Shown in pieces: positions 63,839 through 64,000 of a stretch of DNA of 64,000 nt; the first letter of the stretch is position 1; every line of letters starts with the position of its first letter. Source of the DNA: Squalus acanthias (Eukaryota); contig CM059431.1 of assembly GCA_030390025.1 (NCBI GenBank), positions 126,110,001 through 126,174,000 on the forward strand, given 5' to 3'. The notes beneath the pieces were generated by a model that searched no databases, had not been told where the DNA came from, and was given only the letters and a program-made list of their open reading frames with translations. Both the position numbers and the translations under genes were made by a program.

Positions 63839-64000
63839 ACAAAAGCAAAATATTGCGGATACATAGATTAAAATCGGCCACATAGACCTACAACACAAAA
63901 GCAAAATACTGCAGATGCTGGAAATCTGAAATAAAAACAGAACATGCTGGAAATACTCAACAGGTCAGGCAGCATCTGTGGAGAGAGAAACAGAGTTAAT
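63839..64000. mobile_element. Second Penelope-like pseudo-LTR element, runs off the window
   Basis: 63897-64000 closely matches 52393-52493; a short partial duplicate lies at 63839-63860. Confidence 0.8.

Noticed and set aside
1..64000. CRISPR arrays, rRNA, operons or prokaryotic defence systems
   Set aside because: No regularly spaced repeats or prokaryotic gene structure; all RT ORFs belong to eukaryotic LINEs.

Overview
Eukaryotic, repeat-dominated non-coding DNA. The repertoire (CR1 LINEs with octamer tails, Deu-domain SINEs, Penelope-type palindromes, PIF/Harbinger transposons) points to a non-mammalian vertebrate, most plausibly a cartilaginous fish (inference). I can support no host protein-coding gene. 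Contents: three copies of a single-ORF APE-RT LINE, of which the two 5'-complete ones start with a tRNA-like Pol III head; five decayed two-gene Harbinger transposons; several CR1 LINEs, one with an uninterrupted 978-aa ORF2; one full-length GC-rich Tx1-clade LINE; two solo LTRs with 4-bp TSDs; a Penelope-like palindrome with a hammerhead ribozyme core; old L2, SINE and MITE fragments. Two candidate undescribed systems stand out. (1) An ORF1-less LINE with a tRNA-derived A/B-box head whose sense strand has no conserved TTTT terminator, suggesting a Pol III-transcribed autonomous LINE. (2) A Tx1+CR1 tandem that sits as one block inside a Harbinger exon; both partners begin with the same 38-bp leader, and the Tx1 3' end places a TATAAAA 30 nt upstream of the CR1 start. 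All coordinates and alignments were read by eye; no database search was run.
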